Below, piece after piece: positions 31,128 through 42,138 of a stretch of DNA of 64,000 nt (its first letter is position 1; every line of letters starts with the position of its first letter). The stretch comes from a virus: the IMG/VR virus record IMGVR_UViG_3300021357_000002, positions 6,979 through 70,978 of that record, one strand, 5' to 3'. Under the pieces are notes generated by a model, which did not search any database, was not told where the DNA came from, and was given only the letters and a program-made list of their open reading frames with translations. The position numbers and the translations under genes were made by a program.

Positions 31128-33248
31128 ATGGCTAAAGACGAATTACCAATTGTTAATCCAGAAGAGACTGGAAACCTGACAGATTGGGATAATGAACCAA
31201 CAGTATCTGACCTCAAGTCAGACTATGATTCTGCCTACAGTTCTCATTCTGCACAGATGAGTCAGATTACTACTTGGCTTAATAACTTAAATGTGGAGGG
31301 TGCAGCTAAACCTAAGAAAGTTCCGGGGAGGTCTTCTGTACAGCCTATGCTTATTCGTAAGCAAGCTGAATGGAGATACTCTGCTCTTACAGAACCATTC
31401 CTTAGTACAGATGAATTGTTTGCTGTATCCCCTGTTACATGGGAAGACCGTGAAGCAGCTATACAGAACCAGTTAGTACTGAATTATCAATTCAATATTA
31501 AGATTGATAAGGTACGCTTCATTGATGATTATGTTCGTAATGCTGTGAATGAAGGTACTGTAATTGTTCGTGTTGGATGGTGTAACTATACTCAAATGGT
31601 TAAGGAAACTGTTCCTGTATATGCTTACTACCCTGCTGCTAATGAAGACCAAGTAGCTGCATTACAAGAAGCTCTACAACTTAAGTTAGAGAATCCTAAT
31701 GCCTACAATAGTTTGCCAGATGATATCATCGCATCAGTTGATTACTCATTTGAGAATCGTGGTGCTTTTGTTGCTGTACAAACTGGTACGGAAGAAGTTG
31801 AGTATGAGAAAGTAATTAAGAACCAACCTACTGTTGAAGTAGTTAACTCACAGAACGTAGTGATTGACCCAACATGTAATGGTGATATTTCTCAAGCTCA
31901 GTTTGTTATTTATAGTTTTGAAACTTCTAAATCTGACTTAGAGAAAGATGGTAGATATAAGAATCTGGATAAGATTTCTGCCAGTATGTCTAATCCACTG
32001 AATACCCCTGACCATCAAGTAGAAGACCAATCTGGTTTCAACTTTAAAGATGAACCTCGTAAGAAGTTTGTAGCTTATGAGTATTGGGGTTGGTGGGATA
32101 TTAATGGTAATGGTAAGACTGTACCAATCGTAGCTACCTTTGTTGGTAATACTATGATTCGTCTTGAAGAAAATCCATTCCCAGATAAAAAGATTCCATT
32201 CGTTGTGGTTCCATATCTGCCTATCCCTCGTTCTATTTATGGTGAACCAGATGGTGCATTGCTTGAGGATAACCAAAAGATTATTGGTGCTACTACTAGA
32301 GCAATGATTGATATCTTGGCTCGAAGTGCTAATGGTCAGACTGGTATTCGTAAGGATATGCTAGATGTAACCAATAGACGTAAATTTGATAAAGGTGAGG
32401 ACTATGAATTCAATGCTAACGTAGACCCAAGACAAGGTATCTACATGCATGTATCTCCTGAGATTCCTCAGTCTGCTCCTATGATGATTCAATATCAGAA
32501 TAACGAAGCAGAGTCCCTTACAGGTGTTAAATCCTTCTCACAAGGTATTGCATCACAAGCATTAGGTGATGTTGCTACTGGTATTAGAGGAGCATTGGAT
32601 GCAGCCTCTAAACGTGAATTAGGTATTCTTCGTAGATTGGCTCAAGGTGTTGTGGAAATTGGTCGTAAGATTATTTCTATGAACTCTGAATTTTTATCAG
32701 AAGAGGAAGTGGTACGAGTAACTAATGAACAATTCGTTACTGTTAGGAGAGATGAATTAGCTGGAGACTTTGACCTTAAGTTAAGTATTTCTACTGCTGA
32801 AGCAGATAACCAGAAAGCACAAGAATTAGCTTTCATGCTTCAGACTATGGGTAATAGCTTACCATTCGAAATGTCTCAGATGGTATTAAGTGATATTGCT
32901 CGTCTTAGAAATATGCCTGACTTAGCTAAGAGAATTGAATCCTATCAACCACAACCTGACCCATTAGTACAACGTAAAGCAGAGCTTGAAATTGCACTTT
33001 TAGAGGCTCAAATTGCTGAAACTCAATCTAAAGCAATTGAAAATAGAGCTTCAGCAGGGTATAAAGCTACACAAGCTCAAAACGTTCAAAGTGATACAGA
33101 CCTTAAAAACCTGGATTATGTTGAACAAGAGTCAGGTGTTAAACAGGCTAGAGATGTTCAGAAGATTTCTGCACAAGCTGAAAGCCAAACTCAAACCAAG
33201 ATTGTGGATTACATCCTTAAATCTGGTAAGCCACTAAGTGAAATATAA
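31128..33248 (+). CDS. portal protein (N4 gp59-like)
   Basis: LTDWDNEPTVSDLKSD, SSVQPMLIRKQAEWRYSALTEPFL, EYWGWWDING. Confidence 0.93.
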   Translation: MAKDELPIVNPEETGNLTDWDNEPTVSDLKSDYDSAYSSHSAQMSQITTWLNNLNVEGAAKPKKVPGRSSVQPMLIRKQAEWRYSALTEPFLSTDELFAVSPVTWEDREAAIQNQLVLNYQFNIKIDKVRFIDDYVRNAVNEGTVIVRVGWCNYTQMVKETVPVYAYYPAANEDQVAALQEALQLKLENPNAYNSLPDDIIASVDYSFENRGAFVAVQTGTEEVEYEKVIKNQPTVEVVNSQNVVIDPTCNGDISQAQFVIYSFETSKSDLEKDGRYKNLDKISASMSNPLNTPDHQVEDQSGFNFKDEPRKKFVAYEYWGWWDINGNGKTVPIVATFVGNTMIRLEENPFPDKKIPFVVVPYLPIPRSIYGEPDGALLEDNQKIIGATTRAMIDILARSANGQTGIRKDMLDVTNRRKFDKGEDYEFNANVDPRQGIYMHVSPEIPQSAPMMIQYQNNEAESLTGVKSFSQGIASQALGDVATGIRGALDAASKRELGILRRLAQGVVEIGRKIISMNSEFLSEEEVVRVTNEQFVTVRRDELAGDFDLKLSISTAEADNQKAQELAFMLQTMGNSLPFEMSQMVLSDIARLRNMPDLAKRIESYQPQPDPLVQRKAELEIALLEAQIAETQSKAIENRASAGYKATQAQNVQSDTDLKNLDYVEQESGVKQARDVQKISAQAESQTQTKIVDYILKSGKPLSEI

Positions 33249-33269
33249 TCTCATTATGAGGACACACGT

Positions 33270-33608
33270 ATGAGTCAGTCAGAACAAATTCGTATCAGCA
33301 TTGAACAGAAGAAAGAAACAATTGCGTTAGGTGATGCTATCGCTCGTATTTCTAAGTCTCGTGACTGGAAACGTATTATCGATAGTGAATTCTTTGATAA
33401 GGAACCTGCTCGATTGGTCCATCTTATGGCTCATCCTGATATGCAAGATGAGGCTTCCCAGAAAGAGATTCGTAATCAGATGTTGGCTATTGCCTATTTC
33501 CGTAGCTTCTTAGGTCGTACTCAGTATATGGCTGAATTGGCTCGTAAGGCTCTGCCAGAGGATGAAGAAACTCAGGTAGAACTGTTACAAGAAGAAGTAC
33601 AGGAGTAA
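33270..33608 (+). CDS. N4 gp58-like protein
   Basis: Helical 112-aa protein; synteny between portal and scaffold. Confidence 0.75.
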   Translation: MSQSEQIRISIEQKKETIALGDAIARISKSRDWKRIIDSEFFDKEPARLVHLMAHPDMQDEASQKEIRNQMLAIAYFRSFLGRTQYMAELARKALPEDEETQVELLQEEVQE

Positions 33609-33614
33609 TAGCTT

Positions 33615-34706
33615 ATGTCTGGAAACAGCGTTGAACAATCAATTCTTGCAATGTCTGATGCTGATTTCCTGAAAGCTCCGATGCCGACCTTTGAGTCGGC
33701 ATCTTCACAAGAGCAACAGGAAACTACTCAGGAACAGACTACTGAAGAAGAAGTAGAAACTACTCAGCAGACTGTAGAGGTTGAAGAAACCACTACTACT
33801 ACTGAGGAAGAAACTACTACAGAAGAAAATACAGATGAGAACCAAGAAACTAATACTGAGAATCAGGAAACTGAAACTACTCAGGAAGTAGATACTGGTT
33901 CTGCTGAAGAACAGCTTAAGAAGTTATTTAGTCCGTTCAAAGCTAATGGCAGAGACATTCAAATTGATAATGTTGATGATGCTATTAAGCTTATGCAACA
34001 AGGAGCGAACTATAATAAAAAGATGGCAGCCTTGAAACCATCTTTAAAAGTTCTTAAGATGTTAGAAAATAATGGATTGCTTGATGAACAGAAACTTACT
34101 TATCTAATCGACTTAGATAAGAAGAACCCTGAAGCAATCAGCAAACTTATTAAAGAAAGTGGAATTGACCCACTTGATGTAAATACACAGGAAGAACCTA
34201 AGTACACACCTGGTAATTATTCTGTCCCGGATGCACAGGTTAATCTAGATACAGTGTTGGACAGCATTGAGCATACTCCAACATATGGTCGGACAATGAC
34301 CGTCATTCTCGATGAATGGGATGATAACAGTAAACGTGCACTTGCGAATGAACCAAATCTTATTCCACTCATCAATGAGCATGTGGCAAATGGAATCTTT
34401 GACACAATCGCATCAGAGATGATGAAGCAAAGAGCATTGGGGAATTTGAGTGGTCTTTCAGATTTACAGGCGTATGAAGCAGTAGGTAAACAGTTAGCGG
34501 CTAAAGGAGCCTTTGGTAAAGCACCTCCACAACAGCCGGTAGAAGTTAAACCTCGTGTTCCTACGCAAGAAGATTCTGATAGGGCTGCAAAGCGTAAAGC
34601 TGCAAGTCCAAGCAAACCTTCTGGTCAGGCAAAAGAACCAGAGTTAAATCCTTTGGCTATGTCTGATGAAGAGTTTGAGAAAGCGTTTAAATCTAAATTC
34701 CGCTAA
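33615..34706 (+). CDS. N4 gp57-like scaffolding protein
   Basis: E/T-rich N-terminus; PFKANGRDIQID...LMQQGANYNKKM; NPLAMSDEEF. Confidence 0.85.
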   Translation: MSGNSVEQSILAMSDADFLKAPMPTFESASSQEQQETTQEQTTEEEVETTQQTVEVEETTTTTEEETTTEENTDENQETNTENQETETTQEVDTGSAEEQLKKLFSPFKANGRDIQIDNVDDAIKLMQQGANYNKKMAALKPSLKVLKMLENNGLLDEQKLTYLIDLDKKNPEAISKLIKESGIDPLDVNTQEEPKYTPGNYSVPDAQVNLDTVLDSIEHTPTYGRTMTVILDEWDDNSKRALANEPNLIPLINEHVANGIFDTIASEMMKQRALGNLSGLSDLQAYEAVGKQLAAKGAFGKAPPQQPVEVKPRVPTQEDSDRAAKRKAASPSKPSGQAKEPELNPLAMSDEEFEKAFKSKFR

Positions 34707-34722
34707 ACGAGGATGATAACTT

Positions 34723-35892
34723 ATGAAGTATAATGCTCCTAATACTACACCTTCTAGTATTGGTCCTCAGATTCGTCTGGACTACTACTACAAGAAAGCA
34801 CTAGTTGATGCTGCTAAAGAAATGTACTTTGGTCAATTGGCTGAAGTGACTAACATGCCCAAGAACATGGGTAAGCAGATTAAGCTGTATCACTATGTAC
34901 CTCTGTTAGATGACCGTAACGTTAACGACCAAGGTATTGACGCTGCTGGTGCAACTATTGCTAATGGTAACCTGTATGGTTCTAGCAAAGACATTGGTAC
35001 TATCCCATCTAAACTGCCTGCTCTGACTGAGAATGGTGGTCGAGTTAACCGTGTTGGCTTCACTCGTATCCAATTGGTTGGTTCAATCAAGAAATTTGGT
35101 TTCTTCTATGAGTGGACTCAGGAAGCAATGGATTTCGATACTGATGAAGAACTGGATAGCCATCTGATTCAGGAAGCAGTTAAAGGTGCTAACGACATTA
35201 CTGAAGACCAGTTGCAGATTGACCTGTTGAATGGCGCTGGTGTTGTTCGTTACCCAGGTGCTGCTACATCTAATGCCGATATGACTGGTGAAGGTACTGC
35301 TACTGTAGTTACCTATGAAGGTCTGGTTAAGATGGGTATCACCCTGAACGATAACCTGTGTCCTATGCAGACCAAGCTGATTGCTGGTTCTCTGATGACT
35401 GACACTCGTACCATTCAAGGTGCTCGTGCTTTGTATATTGGTTCTGAACTGGAACTTCAGCTTCGTAAGATGCAAGACCCGTTCGGTAATGCAGCATTCA
35501 TTCCAGTACAGCAGTATGCTGATGCTGGTAACCTGTTAAAAGGTGAGATTGGTTCCATCGCTTCTTTCCGTGTCATCGTTGTTCCTAAGATGCTGAAATG
35601 GGCAGGTGCTGGTGCTACCGTTACCACTAACCCAGGTTACTACGCTACTTCTGGTAAGTATGACGTATTCCCAATGCTGTGTGTTGGTTCTGGTTCCTTC
35701 ACCACTATCGGTTTCCAGACTGATGGTAAGACTGTTAAGTTCACCACTTACACCAAGAAACCAGGCATTGAGACTGTGTCTTATGCTGACCCGTATGGTG
35801 AAATGGGCCTGACCTCTATCAAGTGGTACTACGGTTCACTGATTCTGCGTCCTGAATGGATTGCTCTGTTCAAAACTGTAGCTGCTATGTAA
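34723..35892 (+). CDS. major capsid protein (N4 gp56-like)
   Basis: [48 protein letters not shown]. Confidence 0.95.
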   Translation: MKYNAPNTTPSSIGPQIRLDYYYKKALVDAAKEMYFGQLAEVTNMPKNMGKQIKLYHYVPLLDDRNVNDQGIDAAGATIANGNLYGSSKDIGTIPSKLPALTENGGRVNRVGFTRIQLVGSIKKFGFFYEWTQEAMDFDTDEELDSHLIQEAVKGANDITEDQLQIDLLNGAGVVRYPGAATSNADMTGEGTATVVTYEGLVKMGITLNDNLCPMQTKLIAGSLMTDTRTIQGARALYIGSELELQLRKMQDPFGNAAFIPVQQYADAGNLLKGEIGSIASFRVIVVPKMLKWAGAGATVTTNPGYYATSGKYDVFPMLCVGSGSFTTIGFQTDGKTVKFTTYTKKPGIETVSYADPYGEMGLTSIKWYYGSLILRPEWIALFKTVAAM

Positions 35893-35910
35893 TGAGCTAA
35901 AACTAATTAA

Positions 35911-35935
35911 GAGTGGGGAAACCCACTCTTTTTTT
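35911..35935 (+). terminator. intrinsic terminator after capsid gene
   Basis: GAGTGGG-GAAA-CCCACTC-TTTTTTT. Confidence 0.85.
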
Positions 35936-36007
35936 ATCTATAAAATACGGTAAACTTACCGAGACTAGTTAAAACTGGTTCCACCCAGAAATTTAAAAGG
36001 AAAATGT

Positions 36008-36556
36008 ATGTCCGATTTAAACGAACTTGATTTACTGAAAACGCAAGCTGACCAGCTAGGTATTGCTTATCATCCAAACATTGGTTTGGAAAAGTTACGT
36101 GAGAAAGTCCAAGCTAAATTAAATGGTGAATCCAATACAACTGCTGAGGTAGAAACTGTGACTGAAACTAAAACCAAATCCCCTGCACAGTTACGTGCTG
36201 AAGCAGCAGATGAAGCTATGAAACTTGTACGTATTCGTCTGACCTGTATGGACCCAAACAAAGCAGATTATCAAGGTGAGATTATTACTGTCTCTAATGA
36301 CGTGGTAGGTAACATTAAGGTATTTGTGCCTTACCGTGAAGAGTTCTACGAGAATGGTTACCACGTACCTAACATCATTTATAAGTTTTTACGTGACCGT
36401 AAGTATGCATCCATTAAGACCATCAAAGGTCCTAAAGGTGATACACAACAGTCTGTTCAAGCCAATGCTTATGCAATTGAAGTTCTTCCTAATCTGACTC
36501 CTGCTGAGTTAGAAGACCTGAAGAACCAACAGGCTGCTGCTAAATCTATCGATTAA
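36008..36556 (+). CDS. N4 gp55-like protein
   Basis: LKTQADQLGIAYHPNIGLEKLREK; KLVRIRLTCMDPNK; synteny. Confidence 0.8.
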   Translation: MSDLNELDLLKTQADQLGIAYHPNIGLEKLREKVQAKLNGESNTTAEVETVTETKTKSPAQLRAEAADEAMKLVRIRLTCMDPNKADYQGEIITVSNDVVGNIKVFVPYREEFYENGYHVPNIIYKFLRDRKYASIKTIKGPKGDTQQSVQANAYAIEVLPNLTPAELEDLKNQQAAAKSID

Positions 36557-36566
36557 GGAGTAGATA

Positions 36567-37208
36567 ATGGCTGTTGTTATCGAACCAATTACAAATGAAG
36601 ACCTGACTACTAAAGTAGTTGATGGTACTGGTATCTTTGATGAGTTGATGACAGCAGCCAATGCTCATCTTAGTGCTCAGTGGGATATGGAAAGAATCAC
36701 TGGTACTCAGTATGCAGAGGTATACTTAGGCCAGTTAACAGCAGTCCTACAACAAGCTGTTACTTTCCTTATCGAGAAGGATAAGACCTATCTCAATAAC
36801 CTTCTGATTAATGCTCAGATTGAATTAGCCAATAAGCAAATTGAACTGGCTGATAAGGAACTTGAGAAAGCTGATAAAGAGATTGAACTGTTAGATAAAC
36901 AGATTGAACTCCAAGAACTTAACAAGGAACTTATTGCTCAGAAGGTTAAAACTGAGAAAGCACAGATTTCTGATACTGTTGATGGTGTACCTGTAACAGG
37001 TGTTATTGGTGCTCAGATTGCACTGTATAAACAACAGAAAGACGGCTTCATCAGAGATGCTGAACAGAAGGCATTGAAGATTATTTCTGATACTTGGATT
37101 ACTCGTAAAACAGTTGATGATGGTACGCCATTACCAACAGGATTTGATACCGTTGCGGTGGATGCATTTACGAGAAAAGTAGCAGATGGGGTTAGCGTAA
37201 ACTACTAA
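36567..37208 (+). CDS. N4 gp54-like structural protein
   Basis: VVDGTGIFDELM...RITGTQYAEVYL; internal heptad repeats. Confidence 0.8.
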   Translation: MAVVIEPITNEDLTTKVVDGTGIFDELMTAANAHLSAQWDMERITGTQYAEVYLGQLTAVLQQAVTFLIEKDKTYLNNLLINAQIELANKQIELADKELEKADKEIELLDKQIELQELNKELIAQKVKTEKAQISDTVDGVPVTGVIGAQIALYKQQKDGFIRDAEQKALKIISDTWITRKTVDDGTPLPTGFDTVAVDAFTRKVADGVSVNY

Positions 37209-37212
37209 GGAG

Positions 37213-37232
37213 AGGAGGCGAAAGCCTCCTTT
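37213..37232 (+). terminator. hairpin, probable partial terminator
   Basis: AGGAGGC-GAAA-GCCTCCT-TT. Confidence 0.55.
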
Positions 37233-37239
37233 AATACTT

Positions 37240-39567
37240 ATGGGATTATTCAGTAGAAAGAAAATCATCTCTGTATCTTCAGTCACTGTTAACTTAGCAG
37301 GGGATAACCCTACTAACTTTTTACAGAAACTAATCACGTCTTCTGTGATGCAGGGTGCTGATTTTGGTACTGCTATCCCACAAGCATATCTCAAAGGAAT
37401 GGGAACCAAGATTAGACAGGCGTATAGATATGGTAGAGATTACTATGAACTTGGTTTACCTGATGGTTCTATTTTTTATGGGACACCTAATAATGATGAT
37501 TTGATGGCTGTATTATCATCTCTGAATGCAGGCAAACAAGTATCTATAGTCATGTCTGATTATAACGTAGCTGATTTATCTTATTGGATTGAACAGTATC
37601 TTACTGACCGATACCAATGGGATGCAGACTATGGAGGTATGGGTAATCCACCATCTGGTGTAAATGCTAATGCTGTTATTGATTGGACTATTGATAATAA
37701 TGGTATGGTTACTATTCAAATGAGTAACACACCTCCTACTATTACATATACAGAAAATAAGACATTTACAGATATTGATTACACCAAAGAATATTATCAA
37801 GTTATTTATCGTGTACGTACTCCTGGTGCTCCTTCTGTTACGACAGTAACTAGACCATTTGAAGCTGGTGATGTGGATGATACTACTACCACCGAAACCA
37901 CTAACAATAACTTTGGTCACTTTACCATTACTACGACTACTGTAGTAACTAAAGTAAATGATGATAAAACCGAAACTAAGATTACAACAACTGTGATTGT
38001 TGATGATTTGTCTCGTAAGCAGTATTTCATTTACCAAGCTGGTTTAGGTACATATCCAACTCTTGATGTTATCAAGGATAGTTTCATTAAGGATTCTGCG
38101 TACTATCCAGTAGTACCATTACGGGTATGGAACACAGATTACACTGACCCAAACAATGTTAGTCCTAACATGTTTAAAACATGTAAGGCTCTCATGAATA
38201 AACTGAATCTCAAGTACACAGTGCTTGGAGATAAGATTAATGAGAACCCAGATGTAGGTGATATTGACCATGCATTTTTTGTATTAGGTATTTCTTTGAA
38301 TTCACAGTATGAATCCTCTATGGATTACTTACATGAATTCTTTAAATACTTAGCTCAAGTATCCCCATCAGATAAAGTGCAGTATCTAACTTGGTATAAT
38401 GAAAATGTTGACCCCGAGACTGGAGCTATTAGTAGTCTATCTTCTAAACCTCCTATGAATAGGTTAAGTCTTAAAGAAGACCCATACAATATTTCTATTG
38501 TATACCAATACTCTTCACTAATTGTGAAGATTGGTTCAATTGGACCTAAAGGTACTGTGACTAGAACATCTGGTGCACCTGCATCTATACAAATAGTTAA
38601 CCAGTTTAACCAATCTACTGAAATGACTGCTGATGTAACTGTTATTACTTTCCGTAAACAGATTTCAGCTACTCAATATGAAGAAGTAGAGGTGTGTGGT
38701 TTAGAGCACATCAACTATGTATATAAAGGTCACTCAGTAAATATTACAGGTGAAGCTAGTATTAATGACCCAGACAATGAAGGCTTCTTAATTCCTTTAT
38801 GTGTAAACGTAGTAGAAGCACAGCAGATTGTTCAACGTACCCAAATGACATTTGACTGCTTACATATAGTGGTTAACTCATATAAAGTTACTAAAGCTAA
38901 GTGGTATCAGACAGGTATATTCAAAGTAGTAACTATTATCGTTGCTGTAGTAATTGCTGTGTACTCTGCTGGTACATTATCTGCTGGAGTGGCTGCTGCT
39001 GCCGCAGGTGCAACTGCTGCTGGTACATCAGTAGCTTTAGCTGTAGCAATTTACTTAGCTACTCAAGTAGCAATAGCAATTGGTATTAGCGTAGGTATGT
39101 CTTTGTTGGCTAAATATCTTGGTCCCAATATCATGTTCATTGCTGCCATAGCTATGCTGGCATATGGGGCAGTATCTGCATATCAATCATATGGCTCTAC
39201 AGGCAATGCTGGGCTGCCATATGCTAATGAGGTAATGGGATTGGTGCCTGCTGTAACAAAAGGCGCTCAGAGTGAGTTACAGAAAGAATTACAGGATGTA
39301 GTAAAAGATATGCAGAAGAACCAAGAAAATTACCAGAAGCAGATGCAAGATATCGAAGATGCTATGGATGCTCTTGGTAATCCAAATCCCAATATTGATA
39401 TTGATGGCTTGATGAATGCTGCATTCTTTAATCTATTTGAACAGCCAGATGAATTTTTCGCCAGAACATTAAATATGAATCCGGGTACTGTTACACTAGA
39501 TAGTATCGGTAGTTACGTGGATTATGCATTAACATTACCTACTGATTTAAATTCATTAAGGAGTTAA
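37240..39567 (+). CDS. N4 gp53-like structural/ejection protein
   Basis: MGLFSRKK.I.VSS start; C-terminal hydrophobic Ala-rich segments; synteny. Confidence 0.8.
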   Translation: MGLFSRKKIISVSSVTVNLAGDNPTNFLQKLITSSVMQGADFGTAIPQAYLKGMGTKIRQAYRYGRDYYELGLPDGSIFYGTPNNDDLMAVLSSLNAGKQVSIVMSDYNVADLSYWIEQYLTDRYQWDADYGGMGNPPSGVNANAVIDWTIDNNGMVTIQMSNTPPTITYTENKTFTDIDYTKEYYQVIYRVRTPGAPSVTTVTRPFEAGDVDDTTTTETTNNNFGHFTITTTTVVTKVNDDKTETKITTTVIVDDLSRKQYFIYQAGLGTYPTLDVIKDSFIKDSAYYPVVPLRVWNTDYTDPNNVSPNMFKTCKALMNKLNLKYTVLGDKINENPDVGDIDHAFFVLGISLNSQYESSMDYLHEFFKYLAQVSPSDKVQYLTWYNENVDPETGAISSLSSKPPMNRLSLKEDPYNISIVYQYSSLIVKIGSIGPKGTVTRTSGAPASIQIVNQFNQSTEMTADVTVITFRKQISATQYEEVEVCGLEHINYVYKGHSVNITGEASINDPDNEGFLIPLCVNVVEAQQIVQRTQMTFDCLHIVVNSYKVTKAKWYQTGIFKVVTIIVAVVIAVYSAGTLSAGVAAAAAGATAAGTSVALAVAIYLATQVAIAIGISVGMSLLAKYLGPNIMFIAAIAMLAYGAVSAYQSYGSTGNAGLPYANEVMGLVPAVTKGAQSELQKELQDVVKDMQKNQENYQKQMQDIEDAMDALGNPNPNIDIDGLMNAAFFNLFEQPDEFFARTLNMNPGTVTLDSIGSYVDYALTLPTDLNSLRS

Positions 39568-39569
39568 CA

Positions 39570-40034
39570 ATGGCATATGATTTAAATTTTGGGTATCAAG
39601 CCCCAGACCAAACTCAGCTACTGACTGGTGGTTATAATCCTACTCAAAGTTCAGTATTAAATGCTCCTTTGAGTACAGGAGGTAATCCAGTAGCTGATAA
39701 TGGAATGTTCTCTGCATTCACCAATTGGTTAAATAGTGATATTGGTCGTTCTTTGTTTGGTGGTACTGATTCAGAAACAGGATTTCAGTCTCAAGGAATA
39801 GTAGCTCCTACCTTACAAGGACTTGGTTCATTGTTCCAAGCATGGAATGGTATGCAGACTCTTGGTTTAGCTAAAGACCAGTTTAACTTCCAGAAAAATG
39901 CTTTTAATACAAACTTAGCTAACCAGAAACAGACTTATAATACTGCTTTAGAAGACCGTATTAGAGGTCGTACTTCTGACTATGCTGGTAAAGAACAGGA
40001 TGTTCAAAGCTACTTAAACCAGAATCGTCTGTAA
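39570..40034 (+). CDS. N4 gp52-like ejection protein
   Basis: LAKDQFNFQKNAFNTNLANQKQTYNTALEDRIRGR. Confidence 0.8.
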   Translation: MAYDLNFGYQAPDQTQLLTGGYNPTQSSVLNAPLSTGGNPVADNGMFSAFTNWLNSDIGRSLFGGTDSETGFQSQGIVAPTLQGLGSLFQAWNGMQTLGLAKDQFNFQKNAFNTNLANQKQTYNTALEDRIRGRTSDYAGKEQDVQSYLNQNRL

Positions 40035-40106
40035 GGGGAAATCATGGCTCAGATTGACTAAGCTAATTAGTTTATTTATATTGTGCCAATCTTATAGGAG
40101 ATTGGT

Positions 40107-40667
40107 ATGAAAAAATATTCTGAATCAAGAGTTAATGTTAGTTGGAAACCTGAGCATATGGTTAATGAGGGATGCACATATGGAACTAAGACGCCTGATG
40201 CATTTAAAACTACATCGGCATACACTAGATGGTGGGGAATGTTTTTAAGATGTTATAATCCTTTAAATTCTGGGTATGCTCATTACGGTGCTAAGGGAGT
40301 TACAGTTTGTTTGGAATGGGGCAATTACCAAAACTTTGCAGAATGGTATTACCAAGAATGCTTAAAATTAGGGATTGACCCAGAACATAATACATATCAA
40401 ATAGATAAAGATTTCAATGGCTCTACTGAGTATGGTCCTGAAACCTGTAAACTAATACCTGTTAAAGATAACGTTAGTAAAGCTACTAGTAAAAAACACA
40501 TGTACATATCTCCAGATAATCAGGTGGTGGAGATTGTTAATCTTAACCAGTTTTGTGCTGAGAAGGGTTTAAGCAGAAAACAAATGTATCGTCTGAGAGA
40601 TGGTACTTGTAAATCTCACAGAGGTTGGAGAATTGTAAATGAGCCAAATCACATGGAGAAATATTGA
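40107..40667 (+). CDS. free-standing HNH-type homing endonuclease with C-terminal NUMOD-like region
   Basis: AYTRWWGMFLRCY...YGAKGVTVCLEWGNYQNFAEW...QIDKD...YGPETCKLI; KSHRGW. Confidence 0.82.
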   Translation: MKKYSESRVNVSWKPEHMVNEGCTYGTKTPDAFKTTSAYTRWWGMFLRCYNPLNSGYAHYGAKGVTVCLEWGNYQNFAEWYYQECLKLGIDPEHNTYQIDKDFNGSTEYGPETCKLIPVKDNVSKATSKKHMYISPDNQVVEIVNLNQFCAEKGLSRKQMYRLRDGTCKSHRGWRIVNEPNHMEKY

Positions 40668-42063
40668 TGCTCCAGACTTAGGTGGAGTAGCCAGACTTCA
40701 ACTTGCTGGCAATCAAAGTATCAGAGATGCAATCTCTGGTTTACTTGCACCTATTCAGCAGAACCAACAGCTAAGTAATACTAATTTCAATACAGCACGT
40801 ACACAGAATACTGCTGATATTCAGAATCAGTTACTTGGTTTTACTGACCCATCTCAATTAGATGCTGCAAGAACAGAATTTAATCCAGATGCTTTAAGAG
40901 AGAGATTTGGTGCTGCTGTAGACCAGTCTGCTATTAACCAGACATTGGCTACTCGCCCTGGTCAGTTAAGACAGGACTTACAAGGTCAGATTCAATTAGA
41001 ACAGGCACAGAAAGAACAAGCTTCTCAACCATTTGAGAATCAGTTCTATTCTTTATTGGCTTCTAACCCTAATCAGGCTGAACAGTTCCTGAGAGCCAAT
41101 GAAGCTAACTTTGCTGACTCTCGTCAACTGTATGGTGATTTGACTAATCGTAGACAGCAGATTGAACAGATGGGATTACAGAGAGCACAGCTTGCTGAAT
41201 CTCGTGCTGCGAGAGCTTCTGCTAATGCAGAGAGGAATGCCGCTAATAAAGAACGAGGTAATCTACGTTCATATGGTCAAGAGTTAAATCAATGGGTATT
41301 GGATAACCCTGATAAATCTCCTGCTGCTAAAGCTGCTGAGTTGCAGAAGAAATATGATATTAACCCTGTTACTGGTAATCAGGTTGCTGGTGCTGTAGCT
41401 CAAAACATTGCTACTCTTGGTGCTCCTACTCCTGCTCAAACAGCAGTAATTCAGAACCAGAGTGCATTGATTAAAGAAGCTGCTGACCAGTATAAAGCTG
41501 ATGCTACACAGGAAGTTAATGCTGCATTCTTAAGTTCTGGTATTGACCCAACTGTATTTAATTTACAGGATGATAAAAAGACTTCTGCTGATGATGTAAT
41601 TAAGAGTTTGCAAGGTAGATTGGCAGACCCTAATGAAGCCACAGAAGCTTATACCAGAGCTAAGAAAGCATATCCTAACGCTACTCCAGCAACTATTGGA
41701 TACATTGTTGAGAAGTCTCTTAGTCCATCTAGATGGGGTGGTTTAGCAGATGGTGTAACAATCTCATTTGGGGATGTTGAATCCAATGCTAAAGACATTA
41801 TGAAGACTGCTAACAATGCTGCTGCTAAGCAAGCATTAACAGATGCACTAAGACTGGTGGATAAATCAGGTGATACTTTAATGAAACAAGCCAGTGCTCC
41901 ATTGGTTCAGTTTCAAAGAAATATCCCTAAAGCTAATATCACTGGTACTGATGTACCTGCATTCCAGCCAGTTGTTCCTGATTACACAGGACAACGACAA
42001 GAGCTTAGAAAGTTCCTTGAGGATACGTTAGGTAATCCAAAAGTGAATACTTCTACCAGATAA
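40639..42063 (+). CDS. N4 gp51-like ejection protein
   Basis: MSQITWRNI start; Gln/Ala-rich helical; precedes vRNAP. Confidence 0.78.
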   Translation: MSQITWRNIDAPDLGGVARLQLAGNQSIRDAISGLLAPIQQNQQLSNTNFNTARTQNTADIQNQLLGFTDPSQLDAARTEFNPDALRERFGAAVDQSAINQTLATRPGQLRQDLQGQIQLEQAQKEQASQPFENQFYSLLASNPNQAEQFLRANEANFADSRQLYGDLTNRRQQIEQMGLQRAQLAESRAARASANAERNAANKERGNLRSYGQELNQWVLDNPDKSPAAKAAELQKKYDINPVTGNQVAGAVAQNIATLGAPTPAQTAVIQNQSALIKEAADQYKADATQEVNAAFLSSGIDPTVFNLQDDKKTSADDVIKSLQGRLADPNEATEAYTRAKKAYPNATPATIGYIVEKSLSPSRWGGLADGVTISFGDVESNAKDIMKTANNAAAKQALTDALRLVDKSGDTLMKQASAPLVQFQRNIPKANITGTDVPAFQPVVPDYTGQRQELRKFLEDTLGNPKVNTSTR

Positions 42064-42069
42064 ATAACA

Positions 42070-42097
42070 AAATCCCTCCTAGTGAGGGATTTCTTTT
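42070..42097 (+). terminator. intrinsic terminator
   Basis: AAATCCCTC-CTAGT-GAGGGATTT-CTTTT. Confidence 0.7.
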
Positions 42098-42138
42098 AGT
42101 ACACTTCATATCAGTTATTTCCCTTCTGAGGATTCCTA

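Noticed and set aside
36800-36940. Repeated IEL.DK units in the gp54-like gene as a diversity-generating or contingency repeat
   Set aside because: It is an in-frame coiled-coil heptad expansion; no reverse transcriptase or template/variable repeat pair was seen.
40056-40650. Group I intron around the 40107 endonuclease
   Set aside because: Only about 50 nt of flank, no P/Q/R/S motifs, and the base before ACATGG is C, not G.
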